Source of the DNA: an uncultured Gemmatimonadaceae bacterium
Lineage (GTDB): Bacteria; Gemmatimonadota; Gemmatimonadetes; Gemmatimonadales; Gemmatimonadaceae
Reading direction: 5' to 3'
Length of the DNA stretch: 64,000 bases
Assembly: GCA_963781585.1 (NCBI GenBank)
Contig: CAWAGQ010000002.1
Coordinates: 128,001-192,000, forward strand
The notes below the pieces were generated by a model that worked only from the letters and a program-made list of their open reading frames with translations, was not told the origin of the DNA and searched no databases. Made by a program: the position numbers and the translations under genes. Below are positions 33,252-43,210 of this stretch, one piece after another (within the stretch, counting starts at the first letter, position 1; each line of letters starts with the position of its first letter).

Positions 33252-34319
33252 ATGCCGGTGGCCCTGTCGAAGCTGCAGCAGAACATCGTCTTCGGCGTCG
33301 TGATCTACTACGCGGCCCTGTTGGCTCTGGCGTTTGCGCTCTGGCGCTTTCTGCCGGGGCCGTTGCACGAACGCCTGGCGGCGGCAGTAAGGCCGCTTAC
33401 CGGCCAGATCGGCGACAGCGGGGGCCTGCTCACGTCGGGACCACCAGGCGCGAAGGTGCCGCCCCAGGCCGCGTTGCTCATGACGATCATCGCGGGCCTC
33501 TCGGGCCTCCTGCTCGCCCTGCCGATGTCGTGGGTGTACATGTTCACCCGGCAGAAGAAGGGATACTCGCAGTCGGTGGTCCACAGTCTGGTGATGCTGC
33601 CGGTGGTGGTGGCCATCATAGCGGCCCTGGTGCGGAGCAGTGTGGCGCTGGCGTTCAGCCTGGCCGGCGTGGTGGCGGCGGTGCGGTTCCGCACCAACCT
33701 CGAAGACAGCAAGGATGCGGTGTTCGTCTTCGCGGTCATGGCGTTGGGCCTGGCCTGCGGCGTGGAGCTGGAAGTGGCCGCCGTCCTGTCGATCCTCTGG
33801 GTGGCGATGACACTGGGCCTGTGGTACACTGACTACGCGCGCACGCCGCCGTCGCTGGAAGGTGCACGCGCCGAACAGCACATGCAACGCGCGCTGGCCA
33901 TTGCCAACCGCACCAGCCAGTTCGTGGCCCGGCTCGACCGCGAGATCCTGGAGGGGATGGCGCCGGCCCAGCTGGAAGCGCTCCAGTCGCGGGTGGAGAA
34001 GCGCAAATCGGAGCTCGAGGACAAGAAGAAGAAGAAGAAGGACGGGGCCGACGCCGGTGACGAGGAGGGGCCACGGTTCGACGGACGCCTCACCATCACC
34101 GTCAGCGATCCCGATGCCGCGCAGCCGGCCATCGAAGCGCTGTTCGAAACGCATCTCAAGCGCTGGAAGGTGATCCGGCTCGAGCGCGAAGACGGTGTGG
34201 CCAGAATCGTGTACGCCGTGCGACCCAAGAAGGGCGGAACGCTCGAAACCGTCGCGGCGACCGTGGAGCGCGAGGGCGCTCCCTACGTGTCAGGTACGGA
34301 GGTGGAACGATGGATCTGA
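33252..34319 (+). CDS. DUF4956 family membrane protein
   Basis: 'YSQSVVHSLVML', 'LAFSLAGVVAAVRFR', 'DAVFVF...GLACG'. Start uncertain. Confidence 0.8.
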   Translation: MPVALSKLQQNIVFGVVIYYAALLALAFALWRFLPGPLHERLAAAVRPLTGQIGDSGGLLTSGPPGAKVPPQAALLMTIIAGLSGLLLALPMSWVYMFTRQKKGYSQSVVHSLVMLPVVVAIIAALVRSSVALAFSLAGVVAAVRFRTNLEDSKDAVFVFAVMALGLACGVELEVAAVLSILWVAMTLGLWYTDYARTPPSLEGARAEQHMQRALAIANRTSQFVARLDREILEGMAPAQLEALQSRVEKRKSELEDKKKKKKDGADAGDEEGPRFDGRLTITVSDPDAAQPAIEALFETHLKRWKVIRLEREDGVARIVYAVRPKKGGTLETVAATVEREGAPYVSGTEVERWI

Positions 34320-35506
34320 CGACGACTCCCGCTGCGCGCGCCGCCCGGTGCGCCGCAATCGCGCGCGCTGTCCGGCGCGCCACAATTCTCGCCGCGCTGC
34401 TGTGCGCCGGCATACCGTCCGCCGTCGCGGCCCAGAAGCCCGGCGCCAAGGATGCTAACGCGAAGCAGGCGAAGGCCAAGGAACCAAAGGAACCGCCCGA
34501 CAGCGCCAGGATCGCCAAGTGGAAAGTCGCGGCTGAGGCCCTTCCGCTGTTCAAGAGCGCTGAGCCGGTCGCCTTCACCCTGGTGGCGGACTTCAAGACC
34601 GTCCTCAAGGACCGGGATACGCTCAGTACCAGGGAGTATCCCGCCACGGTGATCCTCGGCGACAGCGGTGAGAGTCAACGCAAGATCCCGGTGACGCTGC
34701 GCAGCCGCGGCCACTTCCGCCTGTCCAACCGGGCCTGCTCCTTCGTTCCCCTGCGCATCAATTTCCCCAAGGGCGAGTTGAAGGGCACGGTGTTCGAGGG
34801 GCAGGACAAGGTCAAACTGGGAACGCACTGCCAGGATCGGTCCGACTACGAGCAGTACGTGCTGCGAGAGCAGGCCGCGTATCGGGTGCAGAACATCCTG
34901 ACCGAGCGGAGCTTTCGCACGCGGCTGGCGCGCGTGACCTACGTCGACTCCGTGGCCGGGAAGTCGCTCGGCACCCACAACGGGATTCTGTTCGAGAACG
35001 AAGACGACGTCGCGAGCCGGGTGGGAGGACAGGTCGTGGAGCTGCGCGGCGCGTTGTTCGACGACGTCGACCACGCCCAGATGAACGCGGTGTCGATCTT
35101 CGAGTATTTCGTCGGCAATACCGACTGGTCGTTGTACGGGCTCCACAACATCAGACTGGTGCGGACCCCGAAGGGGGTGATCTATCCGCTCGCCTACGAC
35201 CTCGACTTCTCGGGCCTGGTGGGCACCCGGTACGCCACGCCCGACTACCGCCTGCCGATTCACTCGGTGAAGGACCGGATGTACCGGGGGCCGTGCCGCA
35301 CGGTGGAGGACCTCGAGCCGCAGCTGGCCGTGTACCGCGAAAAGCAGGCGCAGGTGCTGGCCGTGTATGACAGCGTCCCGGACCTTGATCCGCGCTACGC
35401 GAAGGACGCGCAGAGCTATCTGACCGAGTTCTTCAAGATGATCGAGAAGCCGCGGGACGTGAAATTCAAGCTGGTCGACGCCTGCGAGGGGAAGCCGACC
35501 GCCTGA
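34310..35506 (+). CDS. Exported CotH/HipA-kinase-like protein
   Basis: Signal peptide, 'LRSRGHFR', 'KLGTHC', 'YVLRE', 'GNTDWS...HNIRL...PLAYDLDFSG'. Confidence 0.55.
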   Translation: MDLTTTPAARAARCAAIARAVRRATILAALLCAGIPSAVAAQKPGAKDANAKQAKAKEPKEPPDSARIAKWKVAAEALPLFKSAEPVAFTLVADFKTVLKDRDTLSTREYPATVILGDSGESQRKIPVTLRSRGHFRLSNRACSFVPLRINFPKGELKGTVFEGQDKVKLGTHCQDRSDYEQYVLREQAAYRVQNILTERSFRTRLARVTYVDSVAGKSLGTHNGILFENEDDVASRVGGQVVELRGALFDDVDHAQMNAVSIFEYFVGNTDWSLYGLHNIRLVRTPKGVIYPLAYDLDFSGLVGTRYATPDYRLPIHSVKDRMYRGPCRTVEDLEPQLAVYREKQAQVLAVYDSVPDLDPRYAKDAQSYLTEFFKMIEKPRDVKFKLVDACEGKPTA

Positions 35507-35630
35507 AACGCAGCGCGGCCAATGGACGCGGGCAGGGCGTGTCCGCGCGACGACGTCCTGCCCGCGAGGGTGGGATGAGCTTCTCGCCCTCTGCTATCTC
35601 CGGCATGCGGCATTCGCTCACCCCCGCCAA

Positions 35631-36881
35631 TCACGGCGGCGAGGCCGCAAGCACCGGAGCGCGTGACCGGCCGCTGAGGGCGACCGCCGCCGCCATGTCT
35701 CCCGTGACGTTGACGGCGGTGCGGAACATGTCCGGAATGGTGTCGACGCCGAGGAGGATGCCGAGTCCGTCGAGCGGGAGCCCGGCACTCATCAGCACCG
35801 GGGCCATGATCACGATCGAGCCACCGGGAATACCGGGTACGCTGAAGCTGGTGAGCACCCCGGTGACGACGACGCTCGCGATCTGGGCGGGCGAGAGGTC
35901 CACTCCGTAGAGCCGCGCGATAAAGATCACGCCGGCAGTCTGGCCCAGCCCGGCCCCCACGCGATACATCGACGCCGCCAGGGGGAGAAAGAAGCTCGAC
36001 ATCTCATCGGGCAGGCGCAGTCGGGTTCGGGCGCTCTCGATCATCGCCGGAAGCGACGCCAGCGACGACCGCGAGCTGAAGGCCACCGCCTGGGCAGGGA
36101 AGATGGCGCGCGCGAACGCGCCCACCGGGATCCCACCGAACGACGAAGCCAGCGGGTATAGCACCACCAGCGCGAACACGGTGGTGACCACCGCCACCAC
36201 GACGATGTATCCGGCGAGGGCGCCCGCAGCCGACAACCCCAGCCTCGCGCCGAGGGGAAGCGCCAGCGCCAGGACCCCGATCGGCGCCAGCGCGAGAATC
36301 CAGCGGACCAGCAGGAGGGCCACGTCGCGGATGGCCTCGAAGACCCGCACCACTGCCTGACGAGGCTCGCCCTCCTGCGTGGCCAGGGCGAGCCCGAAGG
36401 CCAGCGAAAACACGATCAGTGGCAGCATTGCGGCGTCGGCGGCCGCCTTCACCGGGTTGGTGGGCACCAGACTCACCAGCCACTGCACGAACGTGGGAAT
36501 ATGGTTCACCGCCTCCGGCGCCCCCGCACCGGCGCGCAACGCCGCAGTCGCTGCCGGATCGATGTGGAACGCGTTCAGCAGCGACGGGGCGACCAGCGCG
36601 GTGGCAATGGCCGCCACGAAGCAGGTGGCGAGAAAGAACAGCAGCGCGCGCGAGCCGAGGCGGCCCAGCGTGCGGGGGCTCGGCACGGACGCCACGCCGG
36701 CGACCAGGCTGCCCACCACCAGGGGAATCACGGTCATCCGGATGGCGTTGATCCACAGCGTTCCGAGCGGCGCGATGTATCCCACTGCGGCCTGGAGCCC
36801 TGGCGAACCGGAGACCGAGACGGCCACGCCGGCGGCAAGGCCGACGCTGAGGGCGATGAGCACTCTGGTCGTCAGCGACAT
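35631..36881 (-). CDS. Dicarboxylate/amino acid:cation symporter (DAACS)
   Basis: 'LAPIGV', 'AFSSRSSLASLP', 'GIPGG', 'GVDTIPDMFRTAVNVTGD'. Confidence 0.93.
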   Translation of the reverse strand: MSLTTRVLIALSVGLAAGVAVSVSGSPGLQAAVGYIAPLGTLWINAIRMTVIPLVVGSLVAGVASVPSPRTLGRLGSRALLFFLATCFVAAIATALVAPSLLNAFHIDPAATAALRAGAGAPEAVNHIPTFVQWLVSLVPTNPVKAAADAAMLPLIVFSLAFGLALATQEGEPRQAVVRVFEAIRDVALLLVRWILALAPIGVLALALPLGARLGLSAAGALAGYIVVVAVVTTVFALVVLYPLASSFGGIPVGAFARAIFPAQAVAFSSRSSLASLPAMIESARTRLRLPDEMSSFFLPLAASMYRVGAGLGQTAGVIFIARLYGVDLSPAQIASVVVTGVLTSFSVPGIPGGSIVIMAPVLMSAGLPLDGLGILLGVDTIPDMFRTAVNVTGDMAAAVALSGRSRAPVLAASPP

Positions 36882-37147
36882 GCGGCCCAAGGTACCAGTG
36901 CCGTGCGACGGCCGCGAGTCAACATCCGGTCTCGATAGCGGTCCGACCGCGGGCGAACGTCGCAGCGCTCATGAGGAATACCAGATCATCGATCCCCGCG
37001 CCCGGGTGCGCGCCACGAGCGCGCCGTTGCCGCCGGAGGGTGCAATCTCGATCTTAGCTTCGGGCGCGTGGGGTCTGCCGTCCGTGGCTCGCTTCCCTCG
37101 CACCGGCGCATTCGTGCGGCCACGCCTCCTTATTGTCGAGTACCATC

Positions 37148-37510
37148 ATGGCCAACAAGAGCTATCACGATCTGGTTCGCGAATCGAAGACCCGCATCCG
37201 CGAGCTCACGCCGCAACAAACGCAGGAACTGCTGCAGCGCGAGGCGGACACGGTGCTGATCGACTGTCGCGAGCCCAACGAGTTCGCGCTGGGTCACATC
37301 CCGGGCGCGGTGTTCATTCCGCGCGGAGTCCTGGAGCAGACCATCGAGCGGGCTGTGCCCCGCGACCGCCGGATCGTGCTCTACTGTGCCAGCGGAAACC
37401 GCTCGGCACTCGCCGCCGAGGTGCTTCAGGAGATGGGTTACCAGGATGTGGCATCAATGTCGGAAGGAATCCGCGGCTGGGTGGAGCAGGGAGGGGAGGT
37501 GGCGGACTGA
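37148..37510 (+). CDS. Rhodanese-like sulfurtransferase
   Basis: 'IDCREPNEF..GHIPGA', 'LYCASGNRS'. Confidence 0.92.
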   Translation: MANKSYHDLVRESKTRIRELTPQQTQELLQREADTVLIDCREPNEFALGHIPGAVFIPRGVLEQTIERAVPRDRRIVLYCASGNRSALAAEVLQEMGYQDVASMSEGIRGWVEQGGEVAD

Positions 37511-37556
37511 AGTCAAGGGTCGCTGATAGCTGATAGCTGCCTGCTCCCGTTATCTC

Positions 37557-38159
37557 GTGCCTCAGTCCCTACTCCACGCCCATCCGCTCCTCGAGCGGCT
37601 CGCCGCAAGCCTTACGGCAAGGCCTGGAGAGCCGGCGCCTGACGATGGCGCGCCGCGTCGGGCGGCCGTCGCGGTCGTCTTCCGGGTGCCCGCATCCGGC
37701 GCCCTCGACCTGTTGCTGATCCGGCGCGCGGTGTTCGATGGGGACCCGTGGAGCGGTCAGGTGGCGCTTCCGGGCGGCCGGTGGCACGTATCGGACAAGT
37801 CGCTCCGGGACACTGCCGTGCGGGAAACACTCGAGGAGACTGCCGTCGACATCGCCCGCCAGGGGATCATCCTCGGTGCGCTGGACGAACTGCGCCCGCG
37901 AACGCCCGTCCTTCCGCCGATCATCGTCACGCCGTTCGCCAGCGTCGTGCAGCCCGATGTGGAGATCGTGCCGAGCGAGGAAGTGGCCGAAGCGTTCTGG
38001 GTGCCCTGGTCGCTGCTCGCGGATCCGGCGACTACCCGGGAAAGCACGGTCCGCGTGCGGGGCGCCGAGATACTGGTGGAGAGCTACCTGGTCGGGCCGC
38101 ACGTGGTGTGGGGCATGACCGAGCGCATCCTGCGCCAGCTGGCCGAACGAGTGCGATAG
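37557..38159 (+). CDS. Nudix CoA pyrophosphatase
   Basis: 'WSGQVALPGG...TAVRETLEET', 'VWGMTERIL'. Confidence 0.9.
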   Translation: MPQSLLHAHPLLERLAASLTARPGEPAPDDGAPRRAAVAVVFRVPASGALDLLLIRRAVFDGDPWSGQVALPGGRWHVSDKSLRDTAVRETLEETAVDIARQGIILGALDELRPRTPVLPPIIVTPFASVVQPDVEIVPSEEVAEAFWVPWSLLADPATTRESTVRVRGAEILVESYLVGPHVVWGMTERILRQLAERVR

Positions 38160-38174
38160 CGATCCGGAACGCGG

Positions 38175-38265
38175 CACCTTCGACGACATCACGAATCGAT
38201 TGGCGTCCGGATCCTTGAAGATCGCCGCGGATCCCCAGTCGGTCTTCTGCGGAGGACCGAAGGCA
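38175..38265 (-). pseudogene. C-terminal remnant of a VOC/glyoxalase family gene
   Basis: Minus-strand 'FGPPQKTDWGSAAIFKDPDANRFVMSS' resembles the VOC end motif 'WG..A.F.DPDGN'. No N-terminal half present. Confidence 0.5.
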
Positions 38266-38301
38266 CGTGCCGCTTGCGGTTCACGGGTGCGTTGCCTAAA
38301 G

Positions 38302-38315
38302 TTAGGTGAACCTAA
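38302..38315. promoter_or_regulatory. DtxR/MntR operator upstream of mntH
   Basis: TTAGGTGAACCTAA, near-palindromic and close to TTAGGTTAGCCTAA-type DtxR/MntR boxes. The cognate regulator lies in the same operon. Confidence 0.85.
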
Positions 38316-38365
38316 ATCCAAAGTTCTACGACACGAATTTCAACGAGCGCGACGGCATTGACGCG

Positions 38366-39793
38366 ATGACCGGACAACCTTCCCGCGGAATCGATCGCGC
38401 TCCGGTCTCGCCCGCCGACTCCGCCGACTCCGCCGACTCCGCTGCCCCCGCCCCCGCCCCCGCGGCCCCGTCCCGCGGCTGGCGCCGCGCCCGCCTGACC
38501 CCGAGTCTGGCCGAGGTCTACCGCACCATCCCGGTCAGTGGACTGGTCTGGTGGCGGAAGATCCTGGCCTTTGCCGGCCCGGGCTATCTGGTCGCGGTCG
38601 GCTACATGGACCCCGGAAACTGGGCGACCGACCTGGCCGGAGGCTCACGCTTCGGCTACACACTCCTCAGCGTCATCCTCCTCTCCAACCTGATTGCCGT
38701 TCTGCTGCAGGGACTGGCCTCGAAGCTCGGCATCGTCACGGGCCGCGATCTGGCGCAGGCGTGTCGTGACCACTATTCCCGGCCGGTCAACCTCGCGCAG
38801 TGGGTTCTCTGCGAAATCGCCATTGCCGCGTGCGACCTCGCCGAAGTCATCGGCTCCGCCATTGCCCTCAACCTGCTGTTCGGTCTGCCCGTCACGTGGG
38901 GCATCATCGTCACCGCACTGGACGTGATGCTGGTGCTCCTGCTCCAGCACCGGGGCTTCCGGCTGCTCGAGGCGGTGGTGGTCGCGCTCATCGCGACGAT
39001 CGGAATCTGCTTTGGATTCGAGCTCTTCATCTCGCGGCCCGACGTCGGAGCCATGGCGCGCGGTTTTCTCCCATCCGTGCAAACCGTGACGGATCCGGCG
39101 CAACTCTACATTGCGATCGGCATCCTCGGCGCGACGGTCATGCCGCACAATCTGTATCTGCATTCCTCGATCGTGCAGACGCGGCGCTACGAGGAGCACG
39201 CCGCCGGAAAGCGCGAAGCCGTGCGGTACGCGTTCATCGATTCCACTATCGCGCTCACCCTCGCGCTGTTCATCAATGGGGCGATCCTGGTGGTTGCGGC
39301 GGCCACGTTTTTCCGGACCGGGCACCACGAAGTGGCGGAGATCCAGGACGCGTACAAACTTCTGACGCCGCTCCTGGGTGTGGGCGGGGCCAGCACGGTC
39401 TTCGCCCTCGCGCTGCTGGCGAGCGGACAGAATTCCACGTTGACGGGCACGCTCGCCGGACAGATCGTCATGGAGGGGTTCCTGAATATCCGGCTGCGCC
39501 CGTGGCTGCGGCGGCTCATTACCCGCGCCATCGCCATCGTCCCGGCCGCCATCGTCTCCGCCGTCGCCGGTGCGCATGGGACGGCGAAGCTGCTGGTGCT
39601 CAGCCAGGTCATCCTGTCGCTACAGCTCTCGTTCGCCGTCGTCCCCCTGGTGCAATTCACCAGCGAGAAGGCCAAGATGGGGGAGTTCGTGAATCCCGGA
39701 TGGGTCAAAGCGCTGGCCTGGACGGCGACCGTCTTCATTGGGGTCCTGAACGCCTGGCTGCTCGTGCAGGCGGTGCGAGGGTGGCTGACCTGA
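38366..39793 (+). CDS. mntH: Nramp family divalent metal (Mn2+) transporter
   Basis: '[11 protein letters not shown]', '[15 protein letters not shown]', '[19 protein letters not shown]'. Confidence 0.96.
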   Translation: MTGQPSRGIDRAPVSPADSADSADSAAPAPAPAAPSRGWRRARLTPSLAEVYRTIPVSGLVWWRKILAFAGPGYLVAVGYMDPGNWATDLAGGSRFGYTLLSVILLSNLIAVLLQGLASKLGIVTGRDLAQACRDHYSRPVNLAQWVLCEIAIAACDLAEVIGSAIALNLLFGLPVTWGIIVTALDVMLVLLLQHRGFRLLEAVVVALIATIGICFGFELFISRPDVGAMARGFLPSVQTVTDPAQLYIAIGILGATVMPHNLYLHSSIVQTRRYEEHAAGKREAVRYAFIDSTIALTLALFINGAILVVAAATFFRTGHHEVAEIQDAYKLLTPLLGVGGASTVFALALLASGQNSTLTGTLAGQIVMEGFLNIRLRPWLRRLITRAIAIVPAAIVSAVAGAHGTAKLLVLSQVILSLQLSFAVVPLVQFTSEKAKMGEFVNPGWVKALAWTATVFIGVLNAWLLVQAVRGWLT

Positions 39794-40239
39794 TGTATCA
39801 GCGGATCCTGGTGGCACTCGAGAATTCGCCGACCGACGCGTCCATCGTCGAGCACGTGCGGAATCTGGCGCAGTTCTGCCGCGCGTCGGTGGTGCTGATG
39901 CACGTGGCCGATGGCTGGGCCGCGCGCAACATCAAGCAGCTCAACCTGCGCGAATCGGAAGAAATGCGGCGCGACCGCGAGTACCTGGAGCGCATGGCGA
40001 ACGACCTGACGCGGGGCGGGATCCCGGCGGAGGCCGTGCTGGCCACCGGGGACCCCGGGACCGAGATCAGCGCGGCCGCCGAGCGCGAGCACTGCGACCT
40101 GATTGCCATGGCCACCCACGGCCACAAGCTGATCGGCGACGTCGTCTATGGCAGCGTCGCCAACGCGGTCCGTCACCGGTCGATGGTACCGGTGCTGCTG
40201 GTGCGGGCGCCCTCCATCGGGAAGAAGACGCCGTCATGA
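39793..40239 (+). CDS. Universal stress protein (UspA family)
   Basis: 'MYQRILVAL', 'DLIAMATHGH...GSVANAVRH...PVLLV'. TGATG coupling to mntH. Confidence 0.92.
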   Translation: MYQRILVALENSPTDASIVEHVRNLAQFCRASVVLMHVADGWAARNIKQLNLRESEEMRRDREYLERMANDLTRGGIPAEAVLATGDPGTEISAAAEREHCDLIAMATHGHKLIGDVVYGSVANAVRHRSMVPVLLVRAPSIGKKTPS

Positions 40240-40916
40240 CCACAGTCCGGAGACGCGCGCTCACCGCTCCGGTGGAGGACTACCTCAAGGCCATCTACGA
40301 CGTGGAGCTGGCGGGGGACGCGGCGGCAACGAACGACATCGCCCAGCGTCTCGACATCGCGCCGGCCTCGGTGAGTGGCATGGTGCGACGCCTGGCGGAG
40401 CAGGGGCTGCTGGCATACGAACCGTATCGCGGGGTGCGTCTCACGCCGGCCGGCCGGCGGGCCGCTCTGCGCACGATCCGCCGCCATCGGGTGATCGAGG
40501 CCTATCTGGTGCGCGCACTGGGCTTCCCGTGGGACAGCGTGCACGAGGAGGCCGAGCGGCTGGAGCATGCGGCCAGCGACACGCTGATCGATCGGATGGC
40601 GCGCGCCATCGGGGAGCCGCTCACCGATCCGCATGGTGCGCCGATCCCGACACGTGAGGGGCGGGTGGACGAGACGCGGTACGGCACTCTGGCCGACGTG
40701 GCCGTGGGGGGGCGGGCGCGGCTCATCCGGGTTGGCGACGAGGACGCGGCATTGCTGCGGCACCTATCCTCGTTAGGCCTGCGTCCCGAGGCCACGGTGT
40801 CGGTCCGGAGCCGGGCCCCATACGACGGGCCGATCACGCTCGACGTGGGCGGCCGGCGGCGCCAGGTAGGGTCGGCGCTGGCCGCGCGGCTTCAGGTGGA
40901 GCTGCTGTCGGACTGA
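40236..40916 (+). CDS. mntR: DtxR/MntR family metal-dependent regulator with FeoA-like C-terminus
   Basis: 'EDYLKAIY', 'RRHRVIEAYL', 'HEEAERLEH', 'DPHGAPIP'. Confidence 0.92.
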   Translation: MTTVRRRALTAPVEDYLKAIYDVELAGDAAATNDIAQRLDIAPASVSGMVRRLAEQGLLAYEPYRGVRLTPAGRRAALRTIRRHRVIEAYLVRALGFPWDSVHEEAERLEHAASDTLIDRMARAIGEPLTDPHGAPIPTREGRVDETRYGTLADVAVGGRARLIRVGDEDAALLRHLSSLGLRPEATVSVRSRAPYDGPITLDVGGRRRQVGSALAARLQVELLSD

Positions 40917-40982
40917 GCGGCGGGCCGCCCCGCCAGCGGGGCATGAGCCGATAGCCGAATGCTGATGGCTGTTCGCTGTTCC

Positions 40983-41177
40983 CTAACGACCCTTCGAGGC
41001 CAGTCGTCCTTCCTCTCCGCCTGGCTTCTTCGGCAATCGACCGGCGCGGTTGAGCGCATCACGCAGCACGAATTCGATCTGCCCGTTGAGGCTGCGCAGG
41101 TCGTCGTTGGCCCAGCGCTGCATCGCCTGGAGCACCTCTCCGTCCATTCGGAGCAGGAAGGGGCGCCGGTCAGCCAT
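40983..41177 (-). CDS. Arc-like ribbon-helix-helix protein
   Basis: 'RRPFLLRMD...WANDDLRSLNGQIEFVLR'. Confidence 0.85.
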   Translation of the reverse strand: MADRRPFLLRMDGEVLQAMQRWANDDLRSLNGQIEFVLRDALNRAGRLPKKPGGEEGRLASKGR

Positions 41178-41326
41178 GGCATCGTCCCGCGCTGCCGGGC
41201 ATGGCCGCCGCGCTCCAACTCATCCCCGCGCTCCCGGCGTCACGCCCGCGGTGAACCGCGCGAGATCGTCACGCGTGGCGGGGAAGGCCGGTGCCCCCGA
41301 GAAGCGCGTTCTCAGATTGCCACGCG

Positions 41327-42196
41327 TCACTGGTAAATCGTCCCCGCATTGACGATCGGCTGGGCGTCGCGGTCGGAGCAGAGGACCACCAGCAGGTTGC
41401 TGATCATCGCCGCCTTGCGCTCCTCGTCGAGCTGCACGAGCGAGCGATCAGAGATCATCGACAGGGCGTTCTCGACCATGCCCACCGCCCCTTCGACGAT
41501 CTTCTGCCGGGCCGCGATGATCGCGCTCGCCTGCTGGCGCCGCAGCATCGCCGAGGCGATCTCGGGTGCGTACGCGAGGTGGCTGATGCGCGCCTCGATC
41601 ACGTCCACACCGGCCTTGTCGAGACGGTCCTGGATCGCCTTCTGGAGCGACGACGCGATCTCGTCGGGGTGCGTACTGAGCGCCTTCTCCCCGTCCACGT
41701 GCGCATCGTATGGGTACGACTGCGCGAGCGCCCGCACCGCCGACTCGCTCTGCGTCTGGACGAAGTTCTGGTAGTCGTCCACCTCGAACATCGCCTCCGC
41801 CGAGTCGATGACCTTCCACACCACGATGGCCCCGATCTCGATCGGGTTGGAGTGGATGTCGTTCACCTTGAGCTTCCCGGTCTCGAAGTTCCGCACCCGG
41901 AGCGAGATCCGCTTCTTGGAGTAGAACGGGTTGGCCCACCGGAGGCCGGCGTCGCGCACCGTGCCGATATACCGGCCGAAGAGCGTCAGGACCTTGGCGT
42001 CGTTAGGCTGGACGGTAAAGAGCCCGCCGGCGCCCAGGCCGACCAGGCCGAACACGACAGCCCAGGTGACGGCGAGCCCCGGACGTTGTGCCCCGGCGGC
42101 GGCGATCAGCCGCCAGATCGCCACACCGCCTGCCAGCAGAAAGAGCACGAGGGCGGCAAGCCCGTTGGTCGCCTTGAATCGGATTTCGCGGAACAT
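41327..42196 (-). CDS. SPFH/band 7 domain membrane protein
   Basis: '[18 protein letters not shown]', '[17 protein letters not shown]', '[19 protein letters not shown]'. Confidence 0.93.
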   Translation of the reverse strand: MFREIRFKATNGLAALVLFLLAGGVAIWRLIAAAGAQRPGLAVTWAVVFGLVGLGAGGLFTVQPNDAKVLTLFGRYIGTVRDAGLRWANPFYSKKRISLRVRNFETGKLKVNDIHSNPIEIGAIVVWKVIDSAEAMFEVDDYQNFVQTQSESAVRALAQSYPYDAHVDGEKALSTHPDEIASSLQKAIQDRLDKAGVDVIEARISHLAYAPEIASAMLRRQQASAIIAARQKIVEGAVGMVENALSMISDRSLVQLDEERKAAMISNLLVVLCSDRDAQPIVNAGTIYQ

Positions 42197-42223
42197 GCGT
42201 TCTGCTCCTGAGGGGTGAGATAT

Positions 42224-42251
42224 GCTATCGTGATGATATCATTCCGATATC
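42224..42251. promoter_or_regulatory. Candidate RHH operator: three G[A/C]TATC boxes with an 11-bp period
   Basis: GCTATC 42224, GATATC 42235, GATATC 42246 (includes palindrome ATGATATCAT), just upstream of the SPFH-RHH unit. Confidence 0.6.
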
Positions 42252-42332
42252 TGACTGTCAAGATCGCTGGAACCGTGACCTCATCCGCTCATCGCTTGAC
42301 AGCCCGCGACGAGTCGTACCGATTCCGCTTCC

Positions 42333-43142
42333 ATGGAAGGTCGTGTCCGAATCGGTTGTCAGGGGTGGAACTACGACGCGTGGGTGGGACCGTTCTATCC
42401 GAGCGGAACCAGGCCCGCCGACTACCTCTCGGTGTACGCGCGGGCATTCGACACGGTCGAGGTCGACTCGACCTTCTACGCCATCCCGCCGGTGAAGACC
42501 TTTCGGAGCTGGGCAGAGCGAGTGCCCGCGGGATTCAGCTTCGCGCTCAAGCTCCCGCAGGAGATCACCCACGAGAACCGGCTCCGACGCGCCGATGATC
42601 TCACCAACCTGTTCTTCGAGCGGGCGCGTGAGCTCGGAGACAAGCTCGGCCCCATCCTCGTGCAGCTGGGCCCGGACTTCGGCCCCGCCGAGCTTCCGGG
42701 GCTGGCGCAGTTTCTCCCCAAGCTGCCGCGCGATCTCGCCATCGCCGTGGAGTTCCGGCAGCGGGCGTGGATGCACGAGGGCATTCTGGCACTGCTGGCC
42801 GAGCATAACGTGGCGCTCGCCCTGAGCGACGGGCGGTGGGTACCGCGCAAGACGATGCTCACCCTGGCCGAGCATCCGACCTCGAACTTCGCCTACATCA
42901 GATGGATGGGCCCCAACCGCGACCTGGTTGACTACTCGCGGATTCAGGTGGACCGGCGGCGCGAGCTGGAGGCGTGGGCCGCAGTCCTGCCGGGTCTTGC
43001 CGCGCGCGTGGAGGTTGCGTACGGCTTCGTGAACAACCATTTCGCCGGCCACGCCCCGGCGTCGGCTCGCGAGCTCCAGCGCCGGCTCGGTCAGCCGGTG
43101 GTAGAGCCAAGCCAGCTCGGTGAGCAGATGAGTCTCTTCTAG
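42333..43142 (+). CDS. DUF72 domain protein
   Basis: 'IGCQGWNY..WVGPFYP', 'VEVDSTFY', 'KLGPILVQL', 'NNHFAGHAP'. Confidence 0.92.
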   Translation: MEGRVRIGCQGWNYDAWVGPFYPSGTRPADYLSVYARAFDTVEVDSTFYAIPPVKTFRSWAERVPAGFSFALKLPQEITHENRLRRADDLTNLFFERARELGDKLGPILVQLGPDFGPAELPGLAQFLPKLPRDLAIAVEFRQRAWMHEGILALLAEHNVALALSDGRWVPRKTMLTLAEHPTSNFAYIRWMGPNRDLVDYSRIQVDRRRELEAWAAVLPGLAARVEVAYGFVNNHFAGHAPASARELQRRLGQPVVEPSQLGEQMSLF

Positions 43143-43210
43143 GACGTGGACAATGGTGCGGATTCCCGGGTGGTGACGCGGTCCGTTATCCTCCGACGTC
43201 CTTCCTCGGA

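Noticed and set aside
36960..37000. 'HEEYQIIDP' resembling the YbdK ligase N-terminus
   Set aside because: Only about 8 residues, with no continuing ORF or similarity.
38293..38315. TTAGG/CCTAA here as further copies of the iterated octamer
   Set aside because: The flanks differ, and the site is better explained as the DtxR/MntR operator.
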